Assembly: GCA_044348745.1 (NCBI GenBank)
Contig: JBIKSG010000003.1
Length of the DNA: 64,000 nucleotides
Source: Candidatus Planktophila sp.
GTDB taxonomy: Bacteria > Actinomycetota > Actinomycetes > Nanopelagicales > Nanopelagicaceae
Strand: one strand, 5' to 3'
Below are positions 11,490-21,453 of this stretch, one piece after another (position 1 is the stretch's first letter; each line of letters opens with the position of its first letter). The notes under the pieces were generated by a model. It was not told where the DNA came from. It searched no databases and saw nothing but the letters and a program-made list of their open reading frames with translations. A program made the translations under genes and the position numbers.

Positions 11490-11522
11490 TAGGCTCCCAA
11501 TTACAGAAACCTTCCGTAATTG
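11490..11522 (+). promoter_or_regulatory. Putative -10 (TAGGCT) followed by an inverted repeat upstream of the nucleoside operon
   Basis: TAGGCT at 11490-11495, then CAATTACAGAA-ACC-TTCCGTAATTG (11498-11522, 10 of 11 arm positions match). Confidence 0.5.
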
Positions 11523-11569
11523 CCCTTAAAAGCAGATATTGAAGATCCCCTTGAATCCTTGGAGGAAAA

Positions 11570-12622
11570 TTGAAGAAAGTATTTCGTCTTGTAGCAGTTG
11601 TTGCTGCAACTGTTATGGCTGTAACAGCATTTGTTGCACCATCAGCAACAGCAGCAACTAAGGTAAAAGTTGGCCTTGCTTATGACATCGGTGGACGTGG
11701 CGATAAGTCATTCAACGATTCAGCAGCAGCTGGTCTAGATCTAGCTAAGAAGAAGTTTGGTGTTACAGCTCGTGAAGTAACAGTTACAACAGGTTCTGAT
11801 TCAGAGCGTGAAGACAAGCTTCGCTTGCTAGCAAAAGCTGGATACAACCCAATCATTGCTGTTGGCTTCCTATACGCAGGACCAATCAAGAAGGTTGCAT
11901 CAGATTATCCAAATGTTCAATTCGGAATCATCGATGATGCATCAGTTGACCTACTAAACGTTGCAGGTCTTGTATTCGCTGAAGAGCAGGGTTCATACCT
12001 AGCTGGCGTTGCAGCAGCACTTGCATCAAAGTCAGGCAAGGTTGGTTACATCGGTGGAGTTCGTATTCCACTACTACAGAAGTTTGAAGCAGGATTCGTT
12101 GCTGGTGTTAAGGCAACAAAGAAGTCAGTAACTGTTGACGTCAAGTACGTCACAGAGCCACCTGATTTCGGTGGTTTCAATGACCCAGCTAAGGCAAAGG
12201 TTATTGCTAAGGGAATGATCGATAAGGGTATCGATGTTATCTACTCAGCAGCAGGTGGATCAGGTGCGGGTAACTTCGCAGCTGCAACCGATGCTGCAAA
12301 GGCTGGCAAGAAGGTTTGGACTATCGGAGTTGACTCTGATCAGTACCTAACAGCCTCAGCTGCAGAGAAGAAGAACATGCTCACATCAATGATCAAGCGC
12401 GTTGACCGTGCTGTTTACGACGTAATTGCAACAGCTGTTGCAGGCTCATCTGTAAACGACATCCTTGACGAGAACGGTATCTACGGTCGCGTATATAACC
12501 TCTCACTTGATGGCGTTGGCGTCTCATACTCAGGTGGATACATCACCAAGTACAAGGCACAGATCGATAAGGCTGCTGCTGCAATCAAGTCAGGAAAGAT
12601 CAAGGTTCCAACAAAGCCATAA
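11570..12622 (+). CDS. BMP/PnrA-family nucleoside ABC transporter substrate-binding protein
   Basis: GDKSFND, F.EEQGSYLAG, IGVDSDQ, SMIKRVD; signal peptide; GGAGG SD with TTG start. Confidence 0.93.
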   Translation: MKKVFRLVAVVAATVMAVTAFVAPSATAATKVKVGLAYDIGGRGDKSFNDSAAAGLDLAKKKFGVTAREVTVTTGSDSEREDKLRLLAKAGYNPIIAVGFLYAGPIKKVASDYPNVQFGIIDDASVDLLNVAGLVFAEEQGSYLAGVAAALASKSGKVGYIGGVRIPLLQKFEAGFVAGVKATKKSVTVDVKYVTEPPDFGGFNDPAKAKVIAKGMIDKGIDVIYSAAGGSGAGNFAAATDAAKAGKKVWTIGVDSDQYLTASAAEKKNMLTSMIKRVDRAVYDVIATAVAGSSVNDILDENGIYGRVYNLSLDGVGVSYSGGYITKYKAQIDKAAAAIKSGKIKVPTKP

Positions 12623-12657
12623 TCGCTTTTTGGAATAAACGCAATTAGAAAGTAGTG

Positions 12658-12705
12658 TTTGGCCCAACAATGGAGTTAAATCTCCTTGTTGGGCCAAATG
12701 CTTTT
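12658..12705 (+). terminator. Intercistronic stem-loop (attenuator or mRNA stabiliser) after the binding-protein gene
   Basis: TTTGGCCCAACAA-TGGAG...CTCC-TTGTTGGGCCAAA followed by TGCTTTT. Confidence 0.75.
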
Positions 12706-12734
12706 CTCACCGCAACAGTCAAAGGAGATTGCCA

Positions 12735-14240
12735 GTGTCAGTAGCAGTAGAACTGCGACACATCAGTAAGCGCTTTCCTGGCGTAATAGCCAACAAAGAT
12801 GTCTCACTGAAAGTTCAGACCGGCACGGTCCACGCTCTCGTTGGTGAAAATGGCGCAGGTAAATCAACTGTTATGAAGATCCTTTATGGGATGCAACGCC
12901 CGGATGCTGGTGAAATTCTAGTAAATGGTCAACAGGTTCACTTTAAAACTCCTAATGATGCAATTGATGCTGGCATTGGCATGGTCCATCAGCACTTCAT
13001 GTTGGCTGATAATTTCACTGTTCTAGAAAATATAATTTTGGGTTCAGAGCCACATCACGGAGTCACTATAGATTTTGCTGGCGCACGGGAAAAAGTTGTA
13101 GAAATGGCTCAGCAGTATGGATTGGATATAGATCCAGATGTCTTGGTCGAAGAGCTAGGTGTTGGACAGCGCCAGCGCGTAGAAATTTTGAAGGTTTTAT
13201 TCCGTGGTGCAAACATACTAATTTTCGATGAACCTACTGCGGTTCTAGTTCCGCAAGAAGTAGATGATCTCTTCAAGGCACTCGAAGGCTTACGTGCCCA
13301 AGGCATGGCCTTGATTTTTATCTCACACAAGCTTGATGAAGTATTGAGAGTGGCAGATGAAGTCACTGTGATCCGACAAGGTTCCACAGTTGCTGAAGTG
13401 AAATCAAAAGATGTGACAGCTCGTCAACTCGCTGAGCTGATGGTTGGAAGTGAATTACCGAAGCCTTCCACACTAGGACATACTCGACGAGAAGAAATCA
13501 CTTTGGCTCTCAAGGATGTCACTATTCCTACTGCCACTGGCAGCCGAGACTTAATCTCAAATATCACCTTTAATCTCCACGCCGGTGAAGTTATTGGCAT
13601 TGCAGGCGTTGAAGGAAATGGTCAGGCTGAATTAGTAGAGGCCATTATGGGACTGCGTGATTACACGGGATCGATTGAATTTCATGGCTCATCAATCGAT
13701 GAGTTAAGTGTTGCTGATAGGCATGATCTTGGTATTGGTTTAATTCCGGAAGACCGTCAGCGACAAGCTCTAATGATGTCCTCACCATTGTGGGAGAACA
13801 GAATCCTTGGACATCAACGCAGCAAGCCAGTTATGCGTGGATTTGTTATTGATAAGAAAGCAACAATTGAGAGCACTCGCACAATCATGCAAGAGTTTGA
13901 TGTGCGGGCACCTGGTCCAGATACTTTGGCAGCGGCATTGTCAGGTGGAAATCAGCAGAAATTTATTGTAGGCCGCGAAATGAGCAAAGCTCCAGCACTC
14001 TTGGTCGCATCACATCCAACTCGCGGAGTTGATGTTGGCGCGCAAGGTGCTATTTGGGATGTGCTTCGGAAAGCTCGCGAAAAGGGAATGGCAATTGTTC
14101 TTATTTCAGCAGATCTAGAGGAGTTGATTGGAATGTCAGATCGACTCTTGGTTATGTTGCGCGGCAAATTGACGGCGGAGTTAGACCCTGCAAAAACAAC
14201 TCCAGAGCAATTAGGTTCTGCAATGACAGGTGCAGCATGA
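12735..14240 (+). CDS. Nucleoside ABC transporter ATP-binding protein (tandem CUT2 type)
   Basis: GENGAGKS, MVHQHF, LSGGNQQK, PTRGVD; GTG at 12735 is well spaced from AAGGAG. Confidence 0.93.
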   Translation: MSVAVELRHISKRFPGVIANKDVSLKVQTGTVHALVGENGAGKSTVMKILYGMQRPDAGEILVNGQQVHFKTPNDAIDAGIGMVHQHFMLADNFTVLENIILGSEPHHGVTIDFAGAREKVVEMAQQYGLDIDPDVLVEELGVGQRQRVEILKVLFRGANILIFDEPTAVLVPQEVDDLFKALEGLRAQGMALIFISHKLDEVLRVADEVTVIRQGSTVAEVKSKDVTARQLAELMVGSELPKPSTLGHTRREEITLALKDVTIPTATGSRDLISNITFNLHAGEVIGIAGVEGNGQAELVEAIMGLRDYTGSIEFHGSSIDELSVADRHDLGIGLIPEDRQRQALMMSSPLWENRILGHQRSKPVMRGFVIDKKATIESTRTIMQEFDVRAPGPDTLAAALSGGNQQKFIVGREMSKAPALLVASHPTRGVDVGAQGAIWDVLRKAREKGMAIVLISADLEELIGMSDRLLVMLRGKLTAELDPAKTTPEQLGSAMTGAA

Positions 14241-15355
14241 GCAATTCTCTGACACGAAAATTTACACCGAGCAAAATCGGTCTAGCTGTTGCTGCGCCAC
14301 TTGCGGCGGCAGTATTTTCAATCGCGATTTCAAGCATTGCAGTTATTGTTAGTAAGAAATCTCCACTAGAAGCCTTTAGAACTATGTGGGATTACGGCAC
14401 CGAGGCTGGATCCTTGATGGAGATTGTTAATACCGCAACTCCTTATTACATCGCCGCAATTGCAATCGCCGTAACCTTTAGAGCAGGTCTGTTTAATATT
14501 GGAGTTGAAGGACAATTGCGCTTAGGCGCTCTCTTTAGCTGCTACATCGGTGCCATGTTTGTTCTTCCGCCAGTCCTCCATGTTGCGGCGGTCTTTATTG
14601 TTGCAATGACATTTGGAGGACTTTGGGCTGCGATCGCTGCATTTTTGAAGGTAAAACGTGGAGTAAATGAGGTTATTTCCACAATTATGCTCAACAGCCT
14701 TGCAGGTGGCTTGTCGGCTTACTTATTGTCAAAACACTTTGCACTAGTTGAAGAAGGTTCAAACAATCTTCAAACAAAAGAGTTACCAGCTTCTGCCCAG
14801 GTTCCAGATTTGATGCCACTTTTGCGCAAGCTTGGTGTTGAAGATCAACCTGGTGGAGGCGTGTACGGCATGTTCTTTGTCGCAGTTGCTCTGGGCTTAA
14901 TTTTCTGGTTCGTTGTTAACCGCACTCGCTTTGGATTTGAGTTACGAGCATCTGGGTTAAATCCGATTGCTGCACGCGTCAGTGGTGTGAACTCTAAGAA
15001 GATGACCTTCATCGCACTTGTTATTTCTGGAGCTATTGCAGGTCTTTCAGGATTGCCAGAAGTTCTTGGCCAAACACACTCATATAACTTGGGCTTCCGT
15101 GCAGGTATTGGATTCTCTGCGATTGCAGTTGCACTTCTTGGTCGTAACTCTGCAGGAGGTATGGCAATTAGCGCGCTTCTATTTGGCTTCCTTGAAGTTA
15201 GCTCACGTTCATTAGAACTCATTGATATTGCACCTGAGACATATGTGATCATGCAGGGCTCAATTCTTCTGAGTTCTGTTATTGCATATGAAGTTGTGCG
15301 GCGATTTAAGTTAACTCTGCAAAGTAATGAGCTAGCAAAGGTGGTGCAAGCGTGA
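14237..15355 (+). CDS. Nucleoside ABC transporter permease 1
   Basis: GLFNIGVEGQ, NEVISTIMLN, IAVALLGRN; ATGA overlap with the ATPase stop defines the start. Confidence 0.92.
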   Translation: MSNSLTRKFTPSKIGLAVAAPLAAAVFSIAISSIAVIVSKKSPLEAFRTMWDYGTEAGSLMEIVNTATPYYIAAIAIAVTFRAGLFNIGVEGQLRLGALFSCYIGAMFVLPPVLHVAAVFIVAMTFGGLWAAIAAFLKVKRGVNEVISTIMLNSLAGGLSAYLLSKHFALVEEGSNNLQTKELPASAQVPDLMPLLRKLGVEDQPGGGVYGMFFVAVALGLIFWFVVNRTRFGFELRASGLNPIAARVSGVNSKKMTFIALVISGAIAGLSGLPEVLGQTHSYNLGFRAGIGFSAIAVALLGRNSAGGMAISALLFGFLEVSSRSLELIDIAPETYVIMQGSILLSSVIAYEVVRRFKLTLQSNELAKVVQA

Positions 15356-16581
15356 AGGCTATGAAGGTATTGCGTTATGCCACCATGCTGGTCTTTGTGC
15401 TGGCATCTATCCGCGTTATTACAGGTGCTTCAGATTTAACAAGTACTGGTACGGCCTCAGCTGCGCTGCTTCTCTCGGTGCCAATTGTTTTAGCAGCACT
15501 CGGTGGTTTGTTCTCTGAGCGTTCTGGTGTTGTGAACATAGGTCTAGAAGGCATGATGATTATGGGTGCTTGGGCTGGCGGATATATCGGTTCACAGCAC
15601 GGACCGTGGGCAGGTTTGTTTGCTGCAATTGTTTTTGGATCAATCGGTGCGTTGGTACATGCAATCGCTACAGTGACTTTTGGTGTTGACCATGTGGTTT
15701 CAGGAGTTGCAATTAACATCATTGCAGCCGGACTTGTTCGCTATCTTTCAACTCTTTTGTATCAAGGCGGATCATGGCAAGGTCCATCACAGTCACCGGG
15801 CATCGAATCAATCCCCGTTAATGGTCTGCCAGTGCTGTCTGGCGGTCAATACTTTGGATGGAAGAGTCCTGATTTATTGGGCTCACTTGCAAGCCACAAT
15901 TGGTTCTTCATCTCCGACCTTGCTTCGATTCTTCGTGGCCTAACTGGAGATGTTTCATATGTAACCGTGGTTGCTATTTCATTTGTTCCATTGGCCTACT
16001 TCATCTTATGGCGCACCGCCTTTGGATTACGTTTACGAAGTGCTGGTGAAGCACCAGTTGCAGCAGAATCCCTAGGCGTCAATGTCTATGCCATGAAATA
16101 TGCAGGCGTGCTTATTTCAGGTGGATTTGCTGGATTAGGTGGTGGCTTCTTAGCAATCGTCGCAGCTAGTAATTATCAAGAGAATCAAGTCGCAGGTCGC
16201 GGATATATCGGCCTGGCAGCGCTTTTGTTTGGTAATTATCGACCAGGTGGATTGTTAGCTGGTGCGAGTCTCTTTGGTTTTGCTGATGCCCTACAACTTC
16301 GTGATTCAGCTGCGATCCATGCTTTGCTGTTATTCATTTTCGTCATCTTGTTGTTTGTTGCATTCAGAAAGTTCAAGTCTGGAAAGATGGTTAGCGGCGG
16401 GCTAAGTCTTGGTTTTGCTGCTTTCACACTGTGGTTCTACTTCGCAGTAGATGAGCTACCTGGACAACTTGTGACAATGACTCCATACATTGCAACTATT
16501 TTAGTTATGGCACTTGCTTCTCAACGATTACGAATGCCAGCTGCCGATGGAATCCCATATCGTCGAGGCGGTTTGCGATGA
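15352..16581 (+). CDS. Nucleoside ABC transporter permease 2
   Basis: SERSGVVNIGLEG, GLRLRSAGE, GRGYIGLAA. Confidence 0.92.
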   Translation: MKAMKVLRYATMLVFVLASIRVITGASDLTSTGTASAALLLSVPIVLAALGGLFSERSGVVNIGLEGMMIMGAWAGGYIGSQHGPWAGLFAAIVFGSIGALVHAIATVTFGVDHVVSGVAINIIAAGLVRYLSTLLYQGGSWQGPSQSPGIESIPVNGLPVLSGGQYFGWKSPDLLGSLASHNWFFISDLASILRGLTGDVSYVTVVAISFVPLAYFILWRTAFGLRLRSAGEAPVAAESLGVNVYAMKYAGVLISGGFAGLGGGFLAIVAASNYQENQVAGRGYIGLAALLFGNYRPGGLLAGASLFGFADALQLRDSAAIHALLLFIFVILLFVAFRKFKSGKMVSGGLSLGFAAFTLWFYFAVDELPGQLVTMTPYIATILVMALASQRLRMPAADGIPYRRGGLR

Positions 16582-16979
16582 CCCAAATCAATTGGGATCA
16601 GATTCATCAAGATGCAATTGGAGCCATGAAGAATGCATATGCGCCTTATTCAAAGTTCCCAGTAGGTGTTGCAGCTCTTGTTAGCGATGGACGTATCGTC
16701 ACTGGATGCAATGTTGAAAATGCTAGTTATGGTGTTGGACTCTGTGCAGAATGCGGGTTAGTTTCAAATTTGATTTCAAGTGGTGGCGGGCGATTAATTG
16801 CAGTTGTCTGCGTTGACGGGCAAGGAAATTACTTGGCCCCATGCGGTCGTTGCCGTCAGTTGTTGTTTGAACACGGTGGCCCTGAAGCCCTTCTCATGAC
16901 AGATGAGGGACCACAAAAGATGTCTGCGATGTTGCCTTGGGCCTTTGGTCCAGACGACCTCGATCGCAACGAGCGCTAA
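16578..16979 (+). CDS. cdd: Cytidine deaminase
   Basis: AYAPYSKFPVG, GCNVEN, CAE, PCGRCRQ zinc motifs. Confidence 0.95.
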   Translation: MTQINWDQIHQDAIGAMKNAYAPYSKFPVGVAALVSDGRIVTGCNVENASYGVGLCAECGLVSNLISSGGGRLIAVVCVDGQGNYLAPCGRCRQLLFEHGGPEALLMTDEGPQKMSAMLPWAFGPDDLDRNER

Positions 16980-18275
16980 GTGATTGAAGCCTATTCAGCC
17001 GCTGAAATCATTGCGGCAAAGCGAGATCATCACGCGCTAACTGATCCACAAATTGACTGGGTTATTGACGCCTATACGCGCGGTGCTGTTGCAGATGAAC
17101 AAATGTCGGCACTGTTAATGGCCATTCTGCTCAATGGTATGGAAAATCGTGAGATTTCACGATGGACAGATGCCATGATTAATAGCGGCGAGCGAATGAA
17201 TTGGTCGGCCCTGTCGCGGCCAACGGTGGATAAGCACTCCACAGGTGGCGTTGGCGACAAGATTACTTTGCCACTAGCTCCACTTGTTGCTGCATGTGGC
17301 GCAGCCGTTCCGCAGTTATCGGGTCGCGGACTTGGTCATACTGGTGGAACCCTAGATAAATTGGAATCTATTCCTGGATGGCGCGCATCTTTATCAAATG
17401 AAGAAATGCTCAAAGTATTGCAAGATTGCGGGGCAGTAATTTGTGCAGCAGGTGCTGGCTTAGCACCGGCTGATAAAAAATTATATGCACTGCGAGATGT
17501 GACGGCGACAGTGGAAGCAATTCCTCTCATCGCATCGTCGATTATGAGCAAGAAAATTGCAGAAGGCACAAGTGCACTGGTGTTAGATGTTAAAACTGGT
17601 GCTGGTGCATTTATGAGTGATCCAGAAAAGGCTAAAGAACTTGCCCATGTTATGGTTGGACTCGGAAAGCGTGCTGGAGTTAAAACATTAGCTCTTGTCA
17701 CAGCTATGGATATTCCTTTGGGCTTAACCGCAGGAAATGCATTAGAAGTTCGTGAATCTGTTGAGGTTCTAGCCGGCGGTGGACCATCAGATATTGTGGA
17801 GCTAACAGTTTTGTTGGCACAGGAAATGTTGGAGCTTGCAGGTATTAAGGGTGCTGACCCTGCAGCGGCATTGAAAAATGGAAAAGCGATGGATGTGTGG
17901 CGTCAAATGATTTCAGCCCAAGGCGGAGATCCGGATGCAAAGTTGCCTGTTGCAAAGGAAAATACTGTTGTGACAGCACAAAGCAGTGGCACAGTTTTGT
18001 CCATGCATGCAATGAAAGTTGGGATGGCAGCATGGCGATTAGGCGCTGGGCGATCTCGTCAGGGCGAGGCAGTTCAAGCCGGTGCAGGCATTGAAATCCA
18101 CGCAAAGCCGGGAGATGTTGTGACAGCAGGTTCGCCTCTCTACACGCTCCATACAGACACTCCAGCCGCCTTTGCTCGGGCTTTGGAGTCCTTGGAGAAC
18201 TCTGTAACCATAGGAGCGGTGCCAGCAGGTGGCATTGATCGCCTGCCACTAGTAATTGAACGTATTGTTGATTAA
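16980..18275 (+). CDS. deoA: Thymidine/pyrimidine-nucleoside phosphorylase
   Basis: DKHSTGGVGDK, SGRGLGHTGGTLDKLE, SIMSKK. Confidence 0.96.
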   Translation: MIEAYSAAEIIAAKRDHHALTDPQIDWVIDAYTRGAVADEQMSALLMAILLNGMENREISRWTDAMINSGERMNWSALSRPTVDKHSTGGVGDKITLPLAPLVAACGAAVPQLSGRGLGHTGGTLDKLESIPGWRASLSNEEMLKVLQDCGAVICAAGAGLAPADKKLYALRDVTATVEAIPLIASSIMSKKIAEGTSALVLDVKTGAGAFMSDPEKAKELAHVMVGLGKRAGVKTLALVTAMDIPLGLTAGNALEVRESVEVLAGGGPSDIVELTVLLAQEMLELAGIKGADPAAALKNGKAMDVWRQMISAQGGDPDAKLPVAKENTVVTAQSSGTVLSMHAMKVGMAAWRLGAGRSRQGEAVQAGAGIEIHAKPGDVVTAGSPLYTLHTDTPAAFARALESLENSVTIGAVPAGGIDRLPLVIERIVD

Positions 18276-18287
18276 GGGGTAAGAACA

Positions 18288-19385
18288 ATGTCACTGACCA
18301 GCATTCCTACTAAGGAACAGATCGCATTAGTGCCTAAAGTGCTGCTGCACGATCACCTTGATGGTGGGCTTCGACCTCAAACAATTATTGATATTGCCAA
18401 AGAGATTGGCTACAGCGCACTACCTACCCACGATGCAACAGAACTTGCTACATGGTTTCGCGAATCATGTGATTCAGGTTCATTGGTTCGATACCTTGAA
18501 ACCTTCTCTCACACTATTGCTGTTATGCAACGTCGTGAGGACATCATTCGTGTTGCCCGAGAGTGCGCATTAGACCTTGCACGCGATGGTGTTGTTTATG
18601 CCGAAGTTCGCGGAGCGCCAGAGTTATTTACCGAAAAAGGCTTGTCGATGACAGATGTCGTTGAAGCCACAATAGAGGGATATGAAATTGGCATGAAAGA
18701 GGCAGCAGCCGAAGGTCATCCAATTGTTGTTCGTGCTTTGCTATGTGGAATGCGTCAGAATAAAAACTCACAAGAAGTTGCCGAACTAGTTGTTAAGTAC
18801 CGAGACAAAGGAGTTGTTGGATTTGATATCGCTGGTCCTGAAGATGGTTTCCCGCCGTCTGATCAAAAAGATACTTTTGATTATCTTCGTAAAGAAGATG
18901 CCCATTTTACTATCCATGCTGGTGAAGCGTATGGAATCCCGTCAATCTGGGAAGCCATCCAACTCTGCGGAGCCGAACGCTTAGGTCACGGTGTTCGAAT
19001 CATTGATGACATCGACTTTTCAGGTGCTGAGCCACAGTTAGGTCGACTTGCAGCCTACGTGCGTGATCGACGTATTCCGTTGGAACTATGTCCAACCTCG
19101 AATCTGCAGACAGGTGCAGCTGCAAGTTATGCCGAACATCCAATTGGAGTATTGGCCAAACTGCGCTTTCGCGTGACGCTCAATACCGATAATCGCCTAA
19201 TGAGCCAAACCTCTATGTCCTTTGAGATGGAAGAGGCTGTAAAGGCGTTCAATTGGGATTTTGCAGAACTGCAACGAGTGACAATTAACGCTATGAAAAG
19301 CGCATTTATCCCATATCAAGAGCGACTAAAAATCATCGAGCAGGTCATCAAGCCAGGGTATGCAAAGGTCTCATCTGGTTCATGA
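18288..19385 (+). CDS. add: Adenosine deaminase
   Basis: [35 protein letters not shown]. Confidence 0.94.
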   Translation: MSLTSIPTKEQIALVPKVLLHDHLDGGLRPQTIIDIAKEIGYSALPTHDATELATWFRESCDSGSLVRYLETFSHTIAVMQRREDIIRVARECALDLARDGVVYAEVRGAPELFTEKGLSMTDVVEATIEGYEIGMKEAAAEGHPIVVRALLCGMRQNKNSQEVAELVVKYRDKGVVGFDIAGPEDGFPPSDQKDTFDYLRKEDAHFTIHAGEAYGIPSIWEAIQLCGAERLGHGVRIIDDIDFSGAEPQLGRLAAYVRDRRIPLELCPTSNLQTGAAASYAEHPIGVLAKLRFRVTLNTDNRLMSQTSMSFEMEEAVKAFNWDFAELQRVTINAMKSAFIPYQERLKIIEQVIKPGYAKVSSGS

Positions 19386-20566
19386 TTGATTTCAGTGACC
19401 CAAGCTTCGTTTCTGATCCGTATCCAGTACTAAAAGAGTTGCGTGCCGAAGGCCAACCTGTGTGGCATGAAGGTATGCAGATGTTCCTAGCAGCCTGCCA
19501 TAGTGATGCTAATGATGTCTTTCGCAATAAATCACTAGGAAGAATCTTTCAGGAAAAGAGTCCAGATTTTGAATGGGAGATATTCAATTGGCTACACGCA
19601 GATTCGATTTTAGATAGCGAACCGCCTAAACACACTCGACTACGTTCACTTGTTGCAAAAGCTTTTAACCGCCAAAAGATCGAAGGAATGCGTCCAGCTG
19701 TGGAACGGATTACCCATCAATTACTCGATGCTATTGATGAAAAAGTAAAATCAGAACAGACTTTTGATTTGATTGCCGATTACGCAGAACCATTGCCAGT
19801 GAAAATAATTGCAGATCTCCTGGGATTTCCAGAAACAGAAGAACACCTTCTTCGTCCCTGGTCACAAGCGATTGTTAAAATGTATGAAGTAAGTCCTAGT
19901 GTGGAATATCAAAATGAAGCAAAGGTAGCCGCCAGAGAGTTTGCAGAGTATGTTCGTAATTTAGCCGAGAGTCGCAAGAAGACGCCTGGTGCAGATTTGA
20001 TCTCAGATCTTGCAAGCGTTGAAGAAAATGGCGAAAAGCTAAATATGCACGAATTGGTCGCCACATGTGTCTTGCTACTAAACGCTGGGCATGAGGCAAG
20101 TGTGAATGCATTTGGTAATGGAATGGTTGCCGCGTTACAACGCCCAGATCAAATTGCCTTACTCCGTACTAATCCACGTGGGATAACCAATACGGCATTG
20201 GAAGAGTTCATGCGATTTGATGCCCCTCTTCATCTGTTTGAACGAACTGCAACTGCAGATACCGAAATTGGGGGAGTGGCGATAAATGAGGGACAAAAGA
20301 TTGCCGCTCTCATTGGGTCGGCTAATAGGGATGAAACAGTCTTTTCCAGGGCAGAAACTATGGATTTAACCCGAGATCCAAACCCCCACATCGGTTTTGG
20401 CGCAGGTATTCACTTTTGCTTAGGGGCACCATTGGCGCGACTAGAGATGAGTGTTTCACTGCCTGCGTTATGGGAAAGGTATCCAAATATGCAGTTAGCA
20501 GGAAATCCGATTCGTAGACCTACATTTGTTTTGCGTGGTTATGAGAGCGTTGCTATCTCCGCTTGA
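19382..20566 (+). CDS. Cytochrome P450 (CYP107P-like)
   Basis: PPKHTRLR, I-helix [10 protein letters not shown], ExxR (EEFMR), heme motif [10 protein letters not shown]; ATGA-coupled to add. Confidence 0.95.
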   Translation: MIDFSDPSFVSDPYPVLKELRAEGQPVWHEGMQMFLAACHSDANDVFRNKSLGRIFQEKSPDFEWEIFNWLHADSILDSEPPKHTRLRSLVAKAFNRQKIEGMRPAVERITHQLLDAIDEKVKSEQTFDLIADYAEPLPVKIIADLLGFPETEEHLLRPWSQAIVKMYEVSPSVEYQNEAKVAAREFAEYVRNLAESRKKTPGADLISDLASVEENGEKLNMHELVATCVLLLNAGHEASVNAFGNGMVAALQRPDQIALLRTNPRGITNTALEEFMRFDAPLHLFERTATADTEIGGVAINEGQKIAALIGSANRDETVFSRAETMDLTRDPNPHIGFGAGIHFCLGAPLARLEMSVSLPALWERYPNMQLAGNPIRRPTFVLRGYESVAISA

Positions 20567-21435
20567 TCTGGATAGGAAGATTGCGCACCTTTTCGTGTGA
20601 CGCTAATGGATGCAACTTTGATTCCTAAAGTCATCGCACTGACTGGATCGCTTCCACTTGCAAGTGAGTATGCAAACGCCCCCACAAATGCATCTCCAGC
20701 ACCTGTTGTATCAATTGCAGTAACTTTTGGCGCAGATACTTTTGTTAATTGACTATCGGCAGAGATATAGACCGCACCTTGGCTACCCAAAGTAACGATT
20801 GAGTTTTTGCCAGGTCTAAAAATTTTTAGAATCTCATCACTTGTGGGCAATTGACCGAATAGTTCTCGAAATTCAGTTTCATTGGGAATGATCCAGTCAC
20901 AGAGTTCCAATAATTCAGGAGAAATCTCCTGATATGGAGCTGGGTTTAAAATGGTTGTGCATCCTCGAGCCTTTGCTGCCCTGAAAGCATTTAAGGTAAC
21001 TTCTTGTTTGATTTCACATTGCGCAACAACAATTGAAAGATCCTTTATCGAATTGATAGCATCAACTGCCTTTTCGATTTCGATCTCATGATTGGCACCA
21101 GGAATAATTATGATGCGATTCTCACCATCCCCATCAACCCAAATATGGGCAATTCCAGTTGGAGTTTTACTGCGCTCTACATAATCTGTATTTATGCCAA
21201 CCTTCACAAAGTTATCAAGGATCGATCCTCCGAAAACATCTTCTCCCAGTTTTCCAATGAAGTGAACCTCTGCGCCACAGTGCGCGGCCATAACGGCTTG
21301 ATTAGCTCCTTTGCCGCCAAAACCAGTGGTGAAATGCTGGCCGGCTAGGGTTTGCCCTGGCTCCGGCAAGATTTGGGCATAGGCTGTTAAATCCATCATT
21401 GCGCTGCCCACGACTGCAATAACTGCTGGTTTCAT
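20539..21435 (-). CDS. rbsK: Ribokinase (PfkB family)
   Basis: GGKGANQA, LNPAP, PNETE, DTTGAGDAF, GAQSSYP. Confidence 0.92.
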   Translation of the reverse strand: MKPAVIAVVGSAMMDLTAYAQILPEPGQTLAGQHFTTGFGGKGANQAVMAAHCGAEVHFIGKLGEDVFGGSILDNFVKVGINTDYVERSKTPTGIAHIWVDGDGENRIIIIPGANHEIEIEKAVDAINSIKDLSIVVAQCEIKQEVTLNAFRAAKARGCTTILNPAPYQEISPELLELCDWIIPNETEFRELFGQLPTSDEILKIFRPGKNSIVTLGSQGAVYISADSQLTKVSAPKVTAIDTTGAGDAFVGAFAYSLASGSDPVSAMTLGIKVASISVTRKGAQSSYPDQAEIATLS

Positions 21436-21453
21436 ACCGCTAGGCTAGCCGTT
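21436..21453. promoter_or_regulatory. 18-bp bidirectional leaderless promoter (rbsK / nucleoside hydrolase)
   Basis: TAGGCT on + (21441-21446), 7 nt before ATG; TAGCCT on - (21447-21442), 6 nt before ATG; no SD possible. Confidence 0.7.

Noticed and set aside
11500-11569. Purine or other riboswitch in the leader of the nucleoside operon
   Set aside because: The leader is only about 70 nt, and I could not see a purine-riboswitch three-way junction or its conserved loop nucleotides.
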